Source of the DNA: Deinococcus radiodurans R1 = ATCC 13939 = DSM 20539
GTDB lineage: Bacteria > Deinococcota > Deinococci > Deinococcales > Deinococcaceae
Direction of reading: 5' to 3'
DNA length: 32,000 nt
Assembly: GCF_000008565.1 (NCBI RefSeq)
Contig: NC_001263.1
Coordinates: forward strand, 1,629,113 to 1,661,112
This document shows positions 9,071-17,434 of the stretch, in pieces (position 1 is the stretch's first letter; each line of letters starts with the position of its first letter). The notes under the pieces are model-generated. The model was not told the DNA's origin and did not search any database. It saw only the letters and a program-made list of their open reading frames with translations. The position numbers and the translations under genes are program-made.

Positions 9071-10321
9071 GTGAACACACCGCTTCCAATGGGTCTAATG
9101 GCTATCCTACAGTACGTTCTCAGCGCGGTCCCGCTGCGCAAGACGCAGCGGAATTTTCTGACCGTGCTGCTTAGCGTATTTCTCGCTGTTCCTGGACGGC
9201 TGAACGTCCTGAACCTCTCCCGATATGCGGCCTGCTCAGAGAGTACGATCCGTCGTTGGCTGCACCGAAGTGACCCCGGGGCCATTCCCTGGGGCGCAGT
9301 ACACCGGGCGACTGTGAGCACGGCGATTGAGAGTGGGCTGATCAGCCCACTGTGCGTTCTGGCCATCGACGCCTCTTTTCACCGCAAATCTGGTCAGCAC
9401 ACCGCACACCTCGGCTCGTTCTGGAATGGCTGTGCCGCACGGACCGAACGTGGGATCGAGCAATCCTGCTGTGCCCTGATTGACGTCCAGCACCGACAGG
9501 CATTTACGGTCGATGTCCGTCAGACCCGGACCGGGTCTGAGGCCCCGAGTCGTCTGGAACAGGCCGCTGACCAGCTGGATGACGTGTTGCTTGATCTCCA
9601 GACTGTTCCACGGCTTGATCTGGCCGCTGTGGTTGCGGATGGGAACTATGCGAAAGAATCCATGGTGGAGACCGTGACCGGTCACGGTCTCCCATTCATC
9701 TCCAGATTTCCTCGCAACGCCAACCTCAAGTATCTCTATACCGGCGAGCATCCCAGACGACGCGGACGGCCAAAAAAGTTCGACGGCAAGGTGGATTTCA
9801 GCGACTTGCAGCGCTTTGACCTCGTTTCTGAAACGTCGACCGAGCGGGTGTGGACTCAGGTGGTCTGGAGCGTGCAGTGGGCGCGAGAAGTGCGTGCAGT
9901 CGTCATCCAGCAGGTCGGTAAAAAGGGTCAAGTGACGGGTTACGCGGTGCTGTTCAGCACCGCTGTGACGATGCCCGCTCATGAGGTCATTGCGCTGTAC
10001 CGGAGCCGTTTCGAGATTGAACTGATCTTCCGGGATGCCAAGCAGTTCCTGGGAGGCCAGGATGTGCAATTGCGGTCACAGCCAGGCATTGAGGCGCATT
10101 GGAACGTGGTCTTGCTGACCCTGAACCTCTGTCGCCTTGAGGCCCTGCGAGCAGCAGAGGGCGGACAGAATCTGGTGTTCAGTCTCGAAGACATGAAACG
10201 CAGGGCGTATAACGCCCTGCTGGCCCAAGTGATTTTGTCCAAGTTGGATCTCTCGGCCCGCTTTGAAGAATTAGAACATCTGCCGTCCAGTCCGCTAAAT
10301 TTCGGCCTCAAAGCCGCCTAA
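9071..10321 (+). CDS. IS4-family DDE transposase
   Basis: 416 aa. DASFHRKSG (D), VADGNYA (D), and YRSRFEIELIFRDAK, which fits the Y-2-R-3-E-6-K signature exactly. The start may instead be ATG 9089 or 9098. The stop lies inside the right IR. Confidence 0.9.
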   Translation: MNTPLPMGLMAILQYVLSAVPLRKTQRNFLTVLLSVFLAVPGRLNVLNLSRYAACSESTIRRWLHRSDPGAIPWGAVHRATVSTAIESGLISPLCVLAIDASFHRKSGQHTAHLGSFWNGCAARTERGIEQSCCALIDVQHRQAFTVDVRQTRTGSEAPSRLEQAADQLDDVLLDLQTVPRLDLAAVVADGNYAKESMVETVTGHGLPFISRFPRNANLKYLYTGEHPRRRGRPKKFDGKVDFSDLQRFDLVSETSTERVWTQVVWSVQWAREVRAVVIQQVGKKGQVTGYAVLFSTAVTMPAHEVIALYRSRFEIELIFRDAKQFLGGQDVQLRSQPGIEAHWNVVLLTLNLCRLEALRAAEGGQNLVFSLEDMKRRAYNALLAQVILSKLDLSARFEELEHLPSSPLNFGLKAA

Positions 10322-11970
10322 AACTGCACGAACCATTGGTAGAGGTTGTAGCCGTCCTGCGCCCAGTCCACCTGCTTGCTCGCGCCGGCGGGCAGGTTGG
10401 GGTTGAAGACGTACTGCGGCGCCGGGTGCGGCGAGCGCGAGAGAATGACGGCGGGCGAGACACTCACCGTGCGCTGCGGCTTGGTGCCCCACACCTGGAT
10501 TTCGAGGCGGCTGGCGTTGTTGTTGTTCACCGTGCGAATCAGGATGGGCGCCCCGGTGTCGTTTTTCATCTTGAGGTCCACGCCGGGGTCGTACACGGCG
10601 GCCTCAAAACCGACTTCCGGCTCGTAGTACTTGACGCGGTAGGAGTGCTGGTTGCGCTCCACGACGGGCAAACCGGCCTGATACAGCGCCCGGAACGCCG
10701 TGGTGCTCACCTGGCATACGCCCCCGCCGAGGCCGTCCACCGTGCGCCCGCCGCTGATGATCAGCCCACCCACGAAGCCGTTTTCGGGGCTGATGCCGCC
10801 GAGCGACTGGAGGAAGCTGAAGTTCTCGCCCGGCGCGACCACCGTGCCGTCGATCTTGGCCGCCGCGTTGGCGACGTTGGTGCGCCGCTCGGCAGAGCTG
10901 CCGTAATACGTGCTGCTGCCGCTGGCAATGAGTTGCAACTTGGCCGGGCTGGGCAGGTCCGCGAGCTTGATGGCGGGCTGCTGCTGCACCGACGGGAAGG
11001 TAATGGTCGTCTTGGTGGGGTCGAGCAGGCCTTTGCGGAAGGCTTCGAGGCCCTTTTGCGGATCGGTCACGCGGCCCGGCTTTTCGCCGACCTTGCCCCA
11101 GACGCCGTCTCGCCAGGCATAACGGGCGTTTTGTGCGGGCTGGTCGAGCTGGTAGCTCAGGCTCTCGAACGCGCCCTTGAGGGTCTTGTCGTCGAGGACG
11201 ATGCCCTCGGGCTTGACCCAGTAGAGGTTGGCGACCTGTAGCGGCCCGAGCGACCCGGCGCGGTCCGAGCCGTCGAGCTTGACGGTCACGCCGCGCATCA
11301 ACTTGTTGCCGAGTTCGGCGTGCTTGCTCAGCTCGGCGGCGGTGTACTGGGCGGGCCACTCGGTCAGCGGCACCTTCAGCACCCGCTGCGAGGGGTCGGC
11401 GGCGAACGCCTTGGCCGCCGCTTCCGCGTTCGCCTTGCGGCCCGGCGTGTCGGGGGTCAGCACGGCGTAGCGGCGTGTTTTGGGGTCAAAGCCGACGGTG
11501 GCGTTCACCGGCTGCGTCGCCAGATCAGCGGTCAGCTTGCCGATGGTCGCCTGCGCCACGGCGGGGTCCACCTTCGTCACCAGCGGCACGTCCTGCGCCT
11601 TCGGCTGGGTCAGGTTCATCTGGCCCAGCACGCCCAGCGCCCGCTCGGTCCAGGGGCGGGCGTCACTGAGCTTACGGGCGGCGGCGAGGCTCGCCTGCGG
11701 GTCCACCTGGTAGCCCAGCTTGCCTGCGCTGAGGGTCCAGCTTTTGCCCGTGCCAGTGGCCTGCACTTCAATCTTCGGCTCCTTGGCCTGCGTTTGCTCG
11801 CGCACGGCAATGAGGGCCGCGTCGGGGGTCATGCCGCCCACATCCACGCCGCCCACCCGCAGTCCGGGGGCCAACTTGTCCGCCTGCGCCGACATTCCCA
11901 GGGCCAGGGCGCCGCCCAGTAGTCCCACAGCACCCAGGCCCAGGAGTGCAGTCTTCGTCGCTCGCGTCAT
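10318..11970 (-). CDS. VanW/YoaR-family secreted protein (peptidoglycan-binding + VanW domains), 3' end truncated by IS
   Basis: Signal peptide, VanW-type core (GENFSFLQSLG, GGGVCQVSTTAFRA, ERNQHSY). The last 6 codons and the stop (QWFVQF*) are encoded by the IS right end. TACACT box 8 nt upstream of ATG 11970 (GTG 11973 is also possible). Confidence 0.8.
   Translation of the reverse strand: MTRATKTALLGLGAVGLLGGALALGMSAQADKLAPGLRVGGVDVGGMTPDAALIAVREQTQAKEPKIEVQATGTGKSWTLSAGKLGYQVDPQASLAAARKLSDARPWTERALGVLGQMNLTQPKAQDVPLVTKVDPAVAQATIGKLTADLATQPVNATVGFDPKTRRYAVLTPDTPGRKANAEAAAKAFAADPSQRVLKVPLTEWPAQYTAAELSKHAELGNKLMRGVTVKLDGSDRAGSLGPLQVANLYWVKPEGIVLDDKTLKGAFESLSYQLDQPAQNARYAWRDGVWGKVGEKPGRVTDPQKGLEAFRKGLLDPTKTTITFPSVQQQPAIKLADLPSPAKLQLIASGSSTYYGSSAERRTNVANAAAKIDGTVVAPGENFSFLQSLGGISPENGFVGGLIISGGRTVDGLGGGVCQVSTTAFRALYQAGLPVVERNQHSYRVKYYEPEVGFEAAVYDPGVDLKMKNDTGAPILIRTVNNNNASRLEIQVWGTKPQRTVSVSPAVILSRSPHPAPQYVFNPNLPAGASKQVDWAQDGYNLYQWFVQF
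10320..10338. repeat. IS right terminal inverted repeat aaaactgcacgaaccattg
   Basis: Exact reverse complement of 9017..9035. Confidence 0.9.
10339..10344. repeat. target-site duplication, right copy (GTAGAG)
   Basis: Identical to 9011..9016. Confidence 0.75.
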
Positions 11971-12039
11971 CACTCCCTAGTGTATGCAAAAAACGGCTCC
12001 AAAGCGAAAAAGTGGACAGGCAAGCGGGACGTTTTGGTG

Positions 12040-13026
12040 TTACTCGTTCAGGTCTTCCTCGGCGGTGCGCTTGAGCGGATTGTTGCGGGTGATGGGTGTC
12101 TCGACCTCCGCGCCCAGTCGGGGCTGGTCACTCTCGCCGGGACCGGGCAGGAAGCGGTTCGTCAACGCCATCACGTCGGCGGTGAGCTGCGGGGCAAACG
12201 CCTGGACATAGCGCGCCATCAGAGCGGGGCCGCCCACCATCACCTCGGCGTCGCCGCGCACCAGGGCGTCGGTGATGCGCTGGGCCGCCGTCGCCGCGTC
12301 GAGCGAGATGACCGGCAGGTTGTCGATGGTGGCGAACAGGGCATATTCCTGCTCGTACTGGCCCTTGACCGTCGCCTGGCGGGGGCTGCCGGTGCGCATC
12401 AGTCCTGGGCAGACGGTGGTCACGGTCACGCCGTGCGCGGCGAGTTCGGAGCGCAGGCCCTGGCCCAGCCCCACCGCCGCGAATTTGCTCATGGAATACG
12501 GCACGAGGTGCGGCACCGCCACCTTGCCACCTATCGAGGTGACGAGCAGCACCCGGCCCTGGCGGCGGCTGAGTTGCGGCAGCAGCGTGCGAACCAGCCG
12601 CAGCGGGGCAAAGGCGTGAATCTCCATCACGTCACGGAAATCCTGTTCGGTCATGTTGGCGAGCGGCCCCGACTGAATCAGGCCCGCACAGTGCAGCAGC
12701 ACGTCCACGTCGCCGAACGACTGCGCGGCGTCCAGGATGTGCTGCCCGGCGCCGGGGTCGGTCACGTCGGCGGCGATGATCTGGACTTCGGCGCCGCGCC
12801 CGCGCAGGTCTTCGGCGGCCAGCCGCAGGTCGCGCTCGGTGCGAGCCACGAGGGTGAGCCGTGCTCCCCGCCCCGCGAGTTCACGCCCCAGCGCGAGGCC
12901 CAGGCCGCGTGAACCGCCGGTCAGCAGGACGTGTTTGCCTTGCAGGTCGTAGCGGGGAACAAAAGCGCGGCGACCCGCGAGGGCGGCGACTCCGGCGGCG
13001 AGCAGCAGACGTTTGGGCAGACGCAT
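12040..13026 (-). CDS. short-chain dehydrogenase/reductase (SDR) family oxidoreductase with N-terminal hydrophobic anchor
   Basis: 328 aa. [12 protein letters not shown] (TGxxxGxG), NAG-like CAG, catalytic YSMSKFA (YxxxK). Confidence 0.9.
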   Translation of the reverse strand: MRLPKRLLLAAGVAALAGRRAFVPRYDLQGKHVLLTGGSRGLGLALGRELAGRGARLTLVARTERDLRLAAEDLRGRGAEVQIIAADVTDPGAGQHILDAAQSFGDVDVLLHCAGLIQSGPLANMTEQDFRDVMEIHAFAPLRLVRTLLPQLSRRQGRVLLVTSIGGKVAVPHLVPYSMSKFAAVGLGQGLRSELAAHGVTVTTVCPGLMRTGSPRQATVKGQYEQEYALFATIDNLPVISLDAATAAQRITDALVRGDAEVMVGGPALMARYVQAFAPQLTADVMALTNRFLPGPGESDQPRLGAEVETPITRNNPLKRTAEEDLNE

Positions 13027-13058
13027 ACCTCAGTGTGGCGCGGCGCAGCCCCCGGCAC

Positions 13059-13105
13059 CGTTTAGAGTGAAGGCACGGTTTAGAGTGGGGGCCGGTTTAG
13101 AGTGG
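13059..13105 (+). repeat. three tandem 17-18 bp direct repeats (core GTTTAGAGTG) abutting the HIT start codon
   Basis: Cores at 13060-13069, 13078-13087 and 13095-13104. Each contains a TAGAGT -10-like hexamer. The last copy ends 5 nt before ATG 13110. Confidence 0.85.
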
Positions 13106-13109
13106 GGGC

Positions 13110-13466
13110 ATGGACAAGCCCGGCCCCACGTCGCCCCAGCCGACCCTGTTCGAGCGCATCATCGCCCGCGAGATTCCCAGTCAGGTGGTCTACGAGGACG
13201 ACGACTACATCGCCATCAAGGACATTGCGCCCAAAGCGCCTATTCACCTGCTGGTGATTCCCAAGCGCGTGACCACGCGGGTGGACGAAATCACCGACCC
13301 GCTCGAAATGGGCCGGCTGTGGCTCAAGGCCACCGAAATTGCCCGCGAGCAGGCCCCCGACTACCGCCTGGTCGTCAACTGCGGCGCGGGCGGCGGCCAG
13401 ATGGTCTTTCACACCCACATTCACATCCTGGCGGGCTGGGAGGGCGGCCCGGACAGCGACACCTGA
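13110..13466 (+). CDS. HIT-family (histidine triad, Hint-like) protein
   Basis: 118 aa. [18 protein letters not shown] and the histidine triad HTHIHIL. Confidence 0.9.
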   Translation: MDKPGPTSPQPTLFERIIAREIPSQVVYEDDDYIAIKDIAPKAPIHLLVIPKRVTTRVDEITDPLEMGRLWLKATEIAREQAPDYRLVVNCGAGGGQMVFHTHIHILAGWEGGPDSDT

Positions 13467-14179
13467 TGCCGGACGCACCATTCGACGCCGTGCTGTTCGA
13501 CCTCGATGGCGTGCTCGTCGAAAGCGAAGGCATCATCGCTCAGGTGTGGCAGAGCGTACTGGCGGAGCGTGGCCTGCACCTCGACCTCACGGAAATCGCC
13601 ATGTATTTCACCGGGCAGCGCTTCGATGGGGTGCTGGCGTACCTCGCGCAGCAGCACGACTTTGTGCCTCCGCCAGATTTTCTGGACGTGCTCGAAACCC
13701 GCTTCAACGCGGCCATGACCGGCGTGACCGCCATTGAAGGCGCCGCCGAGACGCTGCGGGCGCTCCGTGCAGCGGGCGTGCCCTTCGCCATCGGCAGCAA
13801 CAGCGAGCGCGGGCGGCTGCACCTCAAACTGCGGGTCGCCGGGCTGACCGAACTCGCGGGCGAACACATCTACGACCCCTCGTGGGTGGGCGGGCGGGGC
13901 AAGCCGCACCCCGACCTCTACACGTTTGCGGCGCAGCAACTCGGCATACTGCCGGAGCGCTGCGTGGTCATCGAGGACAGCGTGACCGGCGGCGCGGCGG
14001 GGCTGGCGGCGGGCGCGACCCTCTGGGGACTGCTGGTGCCGGGTCACCCCCATCCCGACGGCGCGGCAGCTCTCTCGCGGCTGGGCGCGGCCCGGGTCCT
14101 GACCTCGCACGCCGAGTTGCGGGCGGCCCTGGCCGAAGCGGGCTTACTCACGCCCGCGCTGACTCCTGACCTTTCCTGA
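13466..14179 (+). CDS. HAD-superfamily hydrolase (subfamily IA-like)
   Basis: The ATG overlaps the HIT stop (TGATG). FDLDGVLVESE motif I, GSNSE motif II, GKPHPDLY, IEDSVTGGAAGLAAGA motif III/IV. Confidence 0.85.
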   Translation: MPDAPFDAVLFDLDGVLVESEGIIAQVWQSVLAERGLHLDLTEIAMYFTGQRFDGVLAYLAQQHDFVPPPDFLDVLETRFNAAMTGVTAIEGAAETLRALRAAGVPFAIGSNSERGRLHLKLRVAGLTELAGEHIYDPSWVGGRGKPHPDLYTFAAQQLGILPERCVVIEDSVTGGAAGLAAGATLWGLLVPGHPHPDGAAALSRLGAARVLTSHAELRAALAEAGLLTPALTPDLS

Positions 14180-14225
14180 AGGCGGGCTTCAGCGCGAGGT
14201 CAGCCGCCGGGCCTAAGCTGACCGC

Positions 14226-15323
14226 ATGACGACTGGACGTTTGGCAAAGTTCTCGCTGCTCGCCCTCGGCGCGGGGCTGCTCGCCGGGTGCGCCGTGACC
14301 GGCCCTGGCAACCTGCGCGTGCACGAGGCGACACTGTATGGCGCCGGAGCGCAGCGCATCGTGTGGGTGTACGGCGACCTCGGCAGCAATCCGAGCAGTT
14401 CGCTCAAGCTCGGGCAGGAAACGGTGACCTTGCGGGCACAGGTCAGCGACCCGCTCGCCACGCCGGGGTCGCTGAGCGTGAACGGCAAGGCCGCCTACGT
14501 GGGCCGCATCGACAACCCAGTGGTGCGCCTGACGCTGGGGCAAGACGCCGGGGGCCGCTTTACCGTGACGCCGCTGGCGGGCACCCGCGTGCAGTCGGTT
14601 TACTACACCGACGGCGCCCGCTGGCAGAAACTGAGCGCCGCTTCCGGCCTCGCCACCGCCAGCAGCGCGAACGGGCTGCGCGGCGCGGGGCAACTCACCG
14701 ACGCCGAGGCCGACGCCCTGACCCGCGCCCTGTCGAACCAGGGAGTGCTGGCGGTGGCCGTGCTCGACGAGGCGAGTGCGCCCGACGCGCGCCTCAGCGC
14801 CGAGCCGACCCCACAGGAGCAGCGCCGCACCGCGCTCTACGTGTTGAGCAGCTCGCAAATCACCCGCACCACGACCACCAGCACCACTGTGACGCAGACC
14901 CAGACCACCACGGGCGGAGGCCAGAGCATGAACACCGTCAACCTCAGCGAGGTGGCGCGCGGCACCAACGCGAGCGCCGAGAGCCCCAGCGTGATCGTGG
15001 CCCGCAACGCCAGCGAAGTCCGCTCGCTCTACGGCGTCGCCTATGGCCGGCAGACCGGCACCCCGGCCCTCCCCAGCCTGACCTCGGGTGAAGCCCTGGT
15101 CGGTCTGTTCATCGGTCAGCGCGGCACGGGCGGCTACGGCGTGCGGGCGACCGGCGCAGATGTACAGGGAAACACCCTGAACCTGCGCGTCGAACTGACG
15201 GCCCCCGGCGCGGGCAGCATCACCACGCAGGCGATCACCAGCCCCTGGGTCATCGTGCGGGTGGGCGGCAACTTCAGCAGTGTGAACGTGACCGACCAGA
15301 GCGGGCGGCCTTTTCCGCAGTAA
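14226..15323 (+). CDS. lipoprotein with C-terminal PrcB-like domain (tentative)
   Basis: Lipobox LLAGC, Thr-rich linker, and a C-terminus (GQRGTGGYGVRATG...LNLRVELTAPGAGSITTQAITSPWVIVRV) resembling the PrcB_C pattern. TAAGCT box 6 nt upstream of the ATG. Confidence 0.65.
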   Translation: MTTGRLAKFSLLALGAGLLAGCAVTGPGNLRVHEATLYGAGAQRIVWVYGDLGSNPSSSLKLGQETVTLRAQVSDPLATPGSLSVNGKAAYVGRIDNPVVRLTLGQDAGGRFTVTPLAGTRVQSVYYTDGARWQKLSAASGLATASSANGLRGAGQLTDAEADALTRALSNQGVLAVAVLDEASAPDARLSAEPTPQEQRRTALYVLSSSQITRTTTTSTTVTQTQTTTGGGQSMNTVNLSEVARGTNASAESPSVIVARNASEVRSLYGVAYGRQTGTPALPSLTSGEALVGLFIGQRGTGGYGVRATGADVQGNTLNLRVELTAPGAGSITTQAITSPWVIVRVGGNFSSVNVTDQSGRPFPQ

Positions 15324-15343
15324 GGGCAAGCAGCAATAAAAAT

Positions 15344-15367
15344 CCCCCGCCACGTAGCGGGGGTTTT
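15344..15367. terminator. bidirectional rho-independent terminator
   Basis: cccccgc cacgta gcggggg followed by tttt and preceded by aaaaat. It lies between convergent genes. Confidence 0.75.
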
Positions 15368-15380
15368 CGTTGGGTCAGGC

Positions 15381-17172
15381 TCAGCGGTTGGGCACGAACT
15401 CGCGGTCGGCGAAGTCCCTCGCGGCGCGGGTCCGCGCTCGTCGCGCTCGCGGCTCCAGCGGCCTCCGCCTTCGCCCCGGCCTCCCGAGTTGCCGCCACGG
15501 TTGCCGTAGCCGCCGCGTCCGCCGCCGGAGTTGCCGCCCCGGCCATAGCCGCCGCGTCCGCCTTCGTCACGGTCACGGTAGCCGCGTCCGCCCTGGTAGC
15601 CGCCGCCGTCACGGCGTTCGCGGGTGGGCTGCTCGAACAGTTCGGGCAGTTCCTGGGCCACTTGCACTTCGACCTGACCGTCGAGGGGCGCGGCGGCCAT
15701 CAGCTTCTCGACAAACTCGCTGGGCACGTCGGCCACGGTGCCGCCACGCCACTGCCGGACCTTGCCGAGGCGGCGGGTGTCCACGTCCACCGCGCGGGCG
15801 ATGAGCGCCACGGTGCGCGGCACGCTCAGGCGCTCGCCGTGCAGAATCAGGGTGGTCAGCCCTTCTTCGCCGCTGAGCAGGCTGGCGGCCTTGGCGGGCT
15901 CGGTCACGCCGCTGATTTTGGCGAGGGCGCGGGCGAGGGCTTCGAGGCCAAGTTCGCTGAAGAGTTGCTCGGCTTCGGCCTGGAAGCCCTGGGCAGCTTC
16001 GGGGTCCACCCGGCGCACCATTTCACTGCTGGCGCGCGCGCTCGCCTGGGCGACTTCGCTGGGGGTGGGCAAGGGACGTTCCTTGAAGCGCACGCCGGTG
16101 ATGCGCTCCAGGCCCATCACTTCGCGGTTTTCGCGGTCGCCGTACATGATGATGGCGGTGCCGGTGCGTCCGGCGCGGCCCGTGCGGCCCGAACGGTGCA
16201 CGTAGCTTTCGGGGTCCTGCGGCAGGTGGTACTGCACGACCAAATCCACTTCGGGAATGTCGAGGCCACGCGCCGCCACGTCGGTGGCGACGAGCACGCC
16301 CACGCGCCCGCTGCGGAAGGCCCCGAGGGCACGTTCACGCTGGGTCTGGGCAAGGTCGCCGTGCAGCGCTTCGGATTCCAGGCCCCGGTGAATAAGTTCG
16401 TTGGCGAGTTCGTCGGCTTCGCGCTTGGTGCGGGTAAAGACGATGGCCTTTTCGGGGTTGTAGACGGTGAGCAGGTCGGCGAGCACGCGGGTGCGGCTGC
16501 GGCCCACCTTCACCTTGAGGTGTTCGACGGTCTGCGCGGCCTGTGACTTGCCCTCGCCCACCATGTCCACGATCAGCGGGTCCTTGAGGTAGTTGCGGCT
16601 CAGACGCTTGATGTCGTTGTTGAGCGTGGCGCTAAACAGCATGGTCTGGCGCTCTTCAGGCGTCTTCTGGAGAATGGTCTCAATGGCGTCGGCAAAGCCC
16701 ACGCTGAGCATCTCGTCGGCTTCGTCGAGCACGGCGAACTGCACGGCGCTCAGGTCGAGGTTGCCGCGTTCGAGGTGGTCGATGAGGCGGCCCGGGGTGC
16801 CCACCACCACGTCCACGCCACGGCGCAGCGCGTTTTCCTGGGGTCCGTAGCCGCGCCGCCGTAGACGGTCACGGTGGTCAGGCCGACGCCGCTCTTGGAA
16901 AACTCGTCGGCGACCTGCTTGGCGAGTTCGCGGGTCGGGGCGACCACGATGGCGCGGGGCAAGCGGGCACGCTCACGGCTGGGCTCCAGCTTCATGATGA
17001 TAGGCAGCGCGAAGGCGAGCGTCTTGCCGGTGCCGGTGCGGGCGCGGCCAATGAGGTCCCTGCCGGCGAGGGTGTGGGGCAGGCTCTCGGCCTGAATGGG
17101 GCTGGCTTCGGTGATGCCGCGTTCTTCGAGACGCGCCGCGAGTTCGGGCGCAATCAGCTGTGCAAAATTCAT
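15381..17172 (-). pseudogene. DEAD-box ATP-dependent RNA helicase with RGG-rich tail, reading frame broken (apparent 1-nt indels near 16850 and near 15415-15430)
   Basis: N-terminal ORF 16750..17250 carries the Q-motif and ARTGTGKT. ORF 15134..16816 carries GTPGRL, DEAD, SAT, HGDL, ARGLD and HRSGRTGRAG. The ...VYGGAA / YGPQENALRRGVDVVVGTPGR join needs one extra base. A third frame ends DFADREFVPNR* just before the terminator. Confidence 0.8.
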
Positions 17173-17434
17173 TTGTGGTCCTTTCGGGAGAAGTTCCCCG
17201 GTGACCAGCAAACGCTCCTGTAGCACAGCTTTCGCCTGAATGCCCGTCACTCAAAGTCAGTTGGAAAAAGGAAACTCTCCAGCCGCCTCAGCCTCGGTGC
17301 TGAGGGCGGCGTCCAAGAGAATAGACTACACGAGGGGAGGAAAAAAAGCAAGCCCGGCGGACGTTTTCAGCTCTCGGTCTTTCCCCGGCGCGGCGGCGCT
17401 CTCCCCTGCTCCGCAGAACCCTACACTTCGCCGT

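Larger units (their letters stand above)
9017..10338 (+). mobile_element. complete IS4-family insertion sequence (1322 bp), possibly IS2621-like
   Basis: Perfect 19-bp terminal inverted repeats, 6-bp direct repeats and a single DDE transposase ORF. It is visibly less GC-rich than its flanks. The name is from memory only. Confidence 0.9.

Noticed and set aside
8892-9089. 65-aa minus-strand ORF spanning the IS left end.
   Set aside because: It crosses the IS terminal repeat and is in the wrong frame. The neighbouring frame (8906..9016) is the real VanW remnant.
13059-13105. Mini-CRISPR array.
   Set aside because: The repeats are contiguous, with no spacers, only three units and no cas genes. 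They are better interpreted as a promoter or iteron-type direct repeat.
15134-15380. C-terminal 80 codons of helicase ORF 15134..16816.
   Set aside because: This part reads through a strong terminator hairpin and 190 bp into the convergent lipoprotein gene. An alternative frame gives a plausible stop at 15381.
15440-15620. GC-rich microsatellite-like DNA repeat.
   Set aside because: It is the in-frame coding sequence of the RGG/GGY-rich helicase tail, so it is coding low complexity rather than a non-coding repeat.
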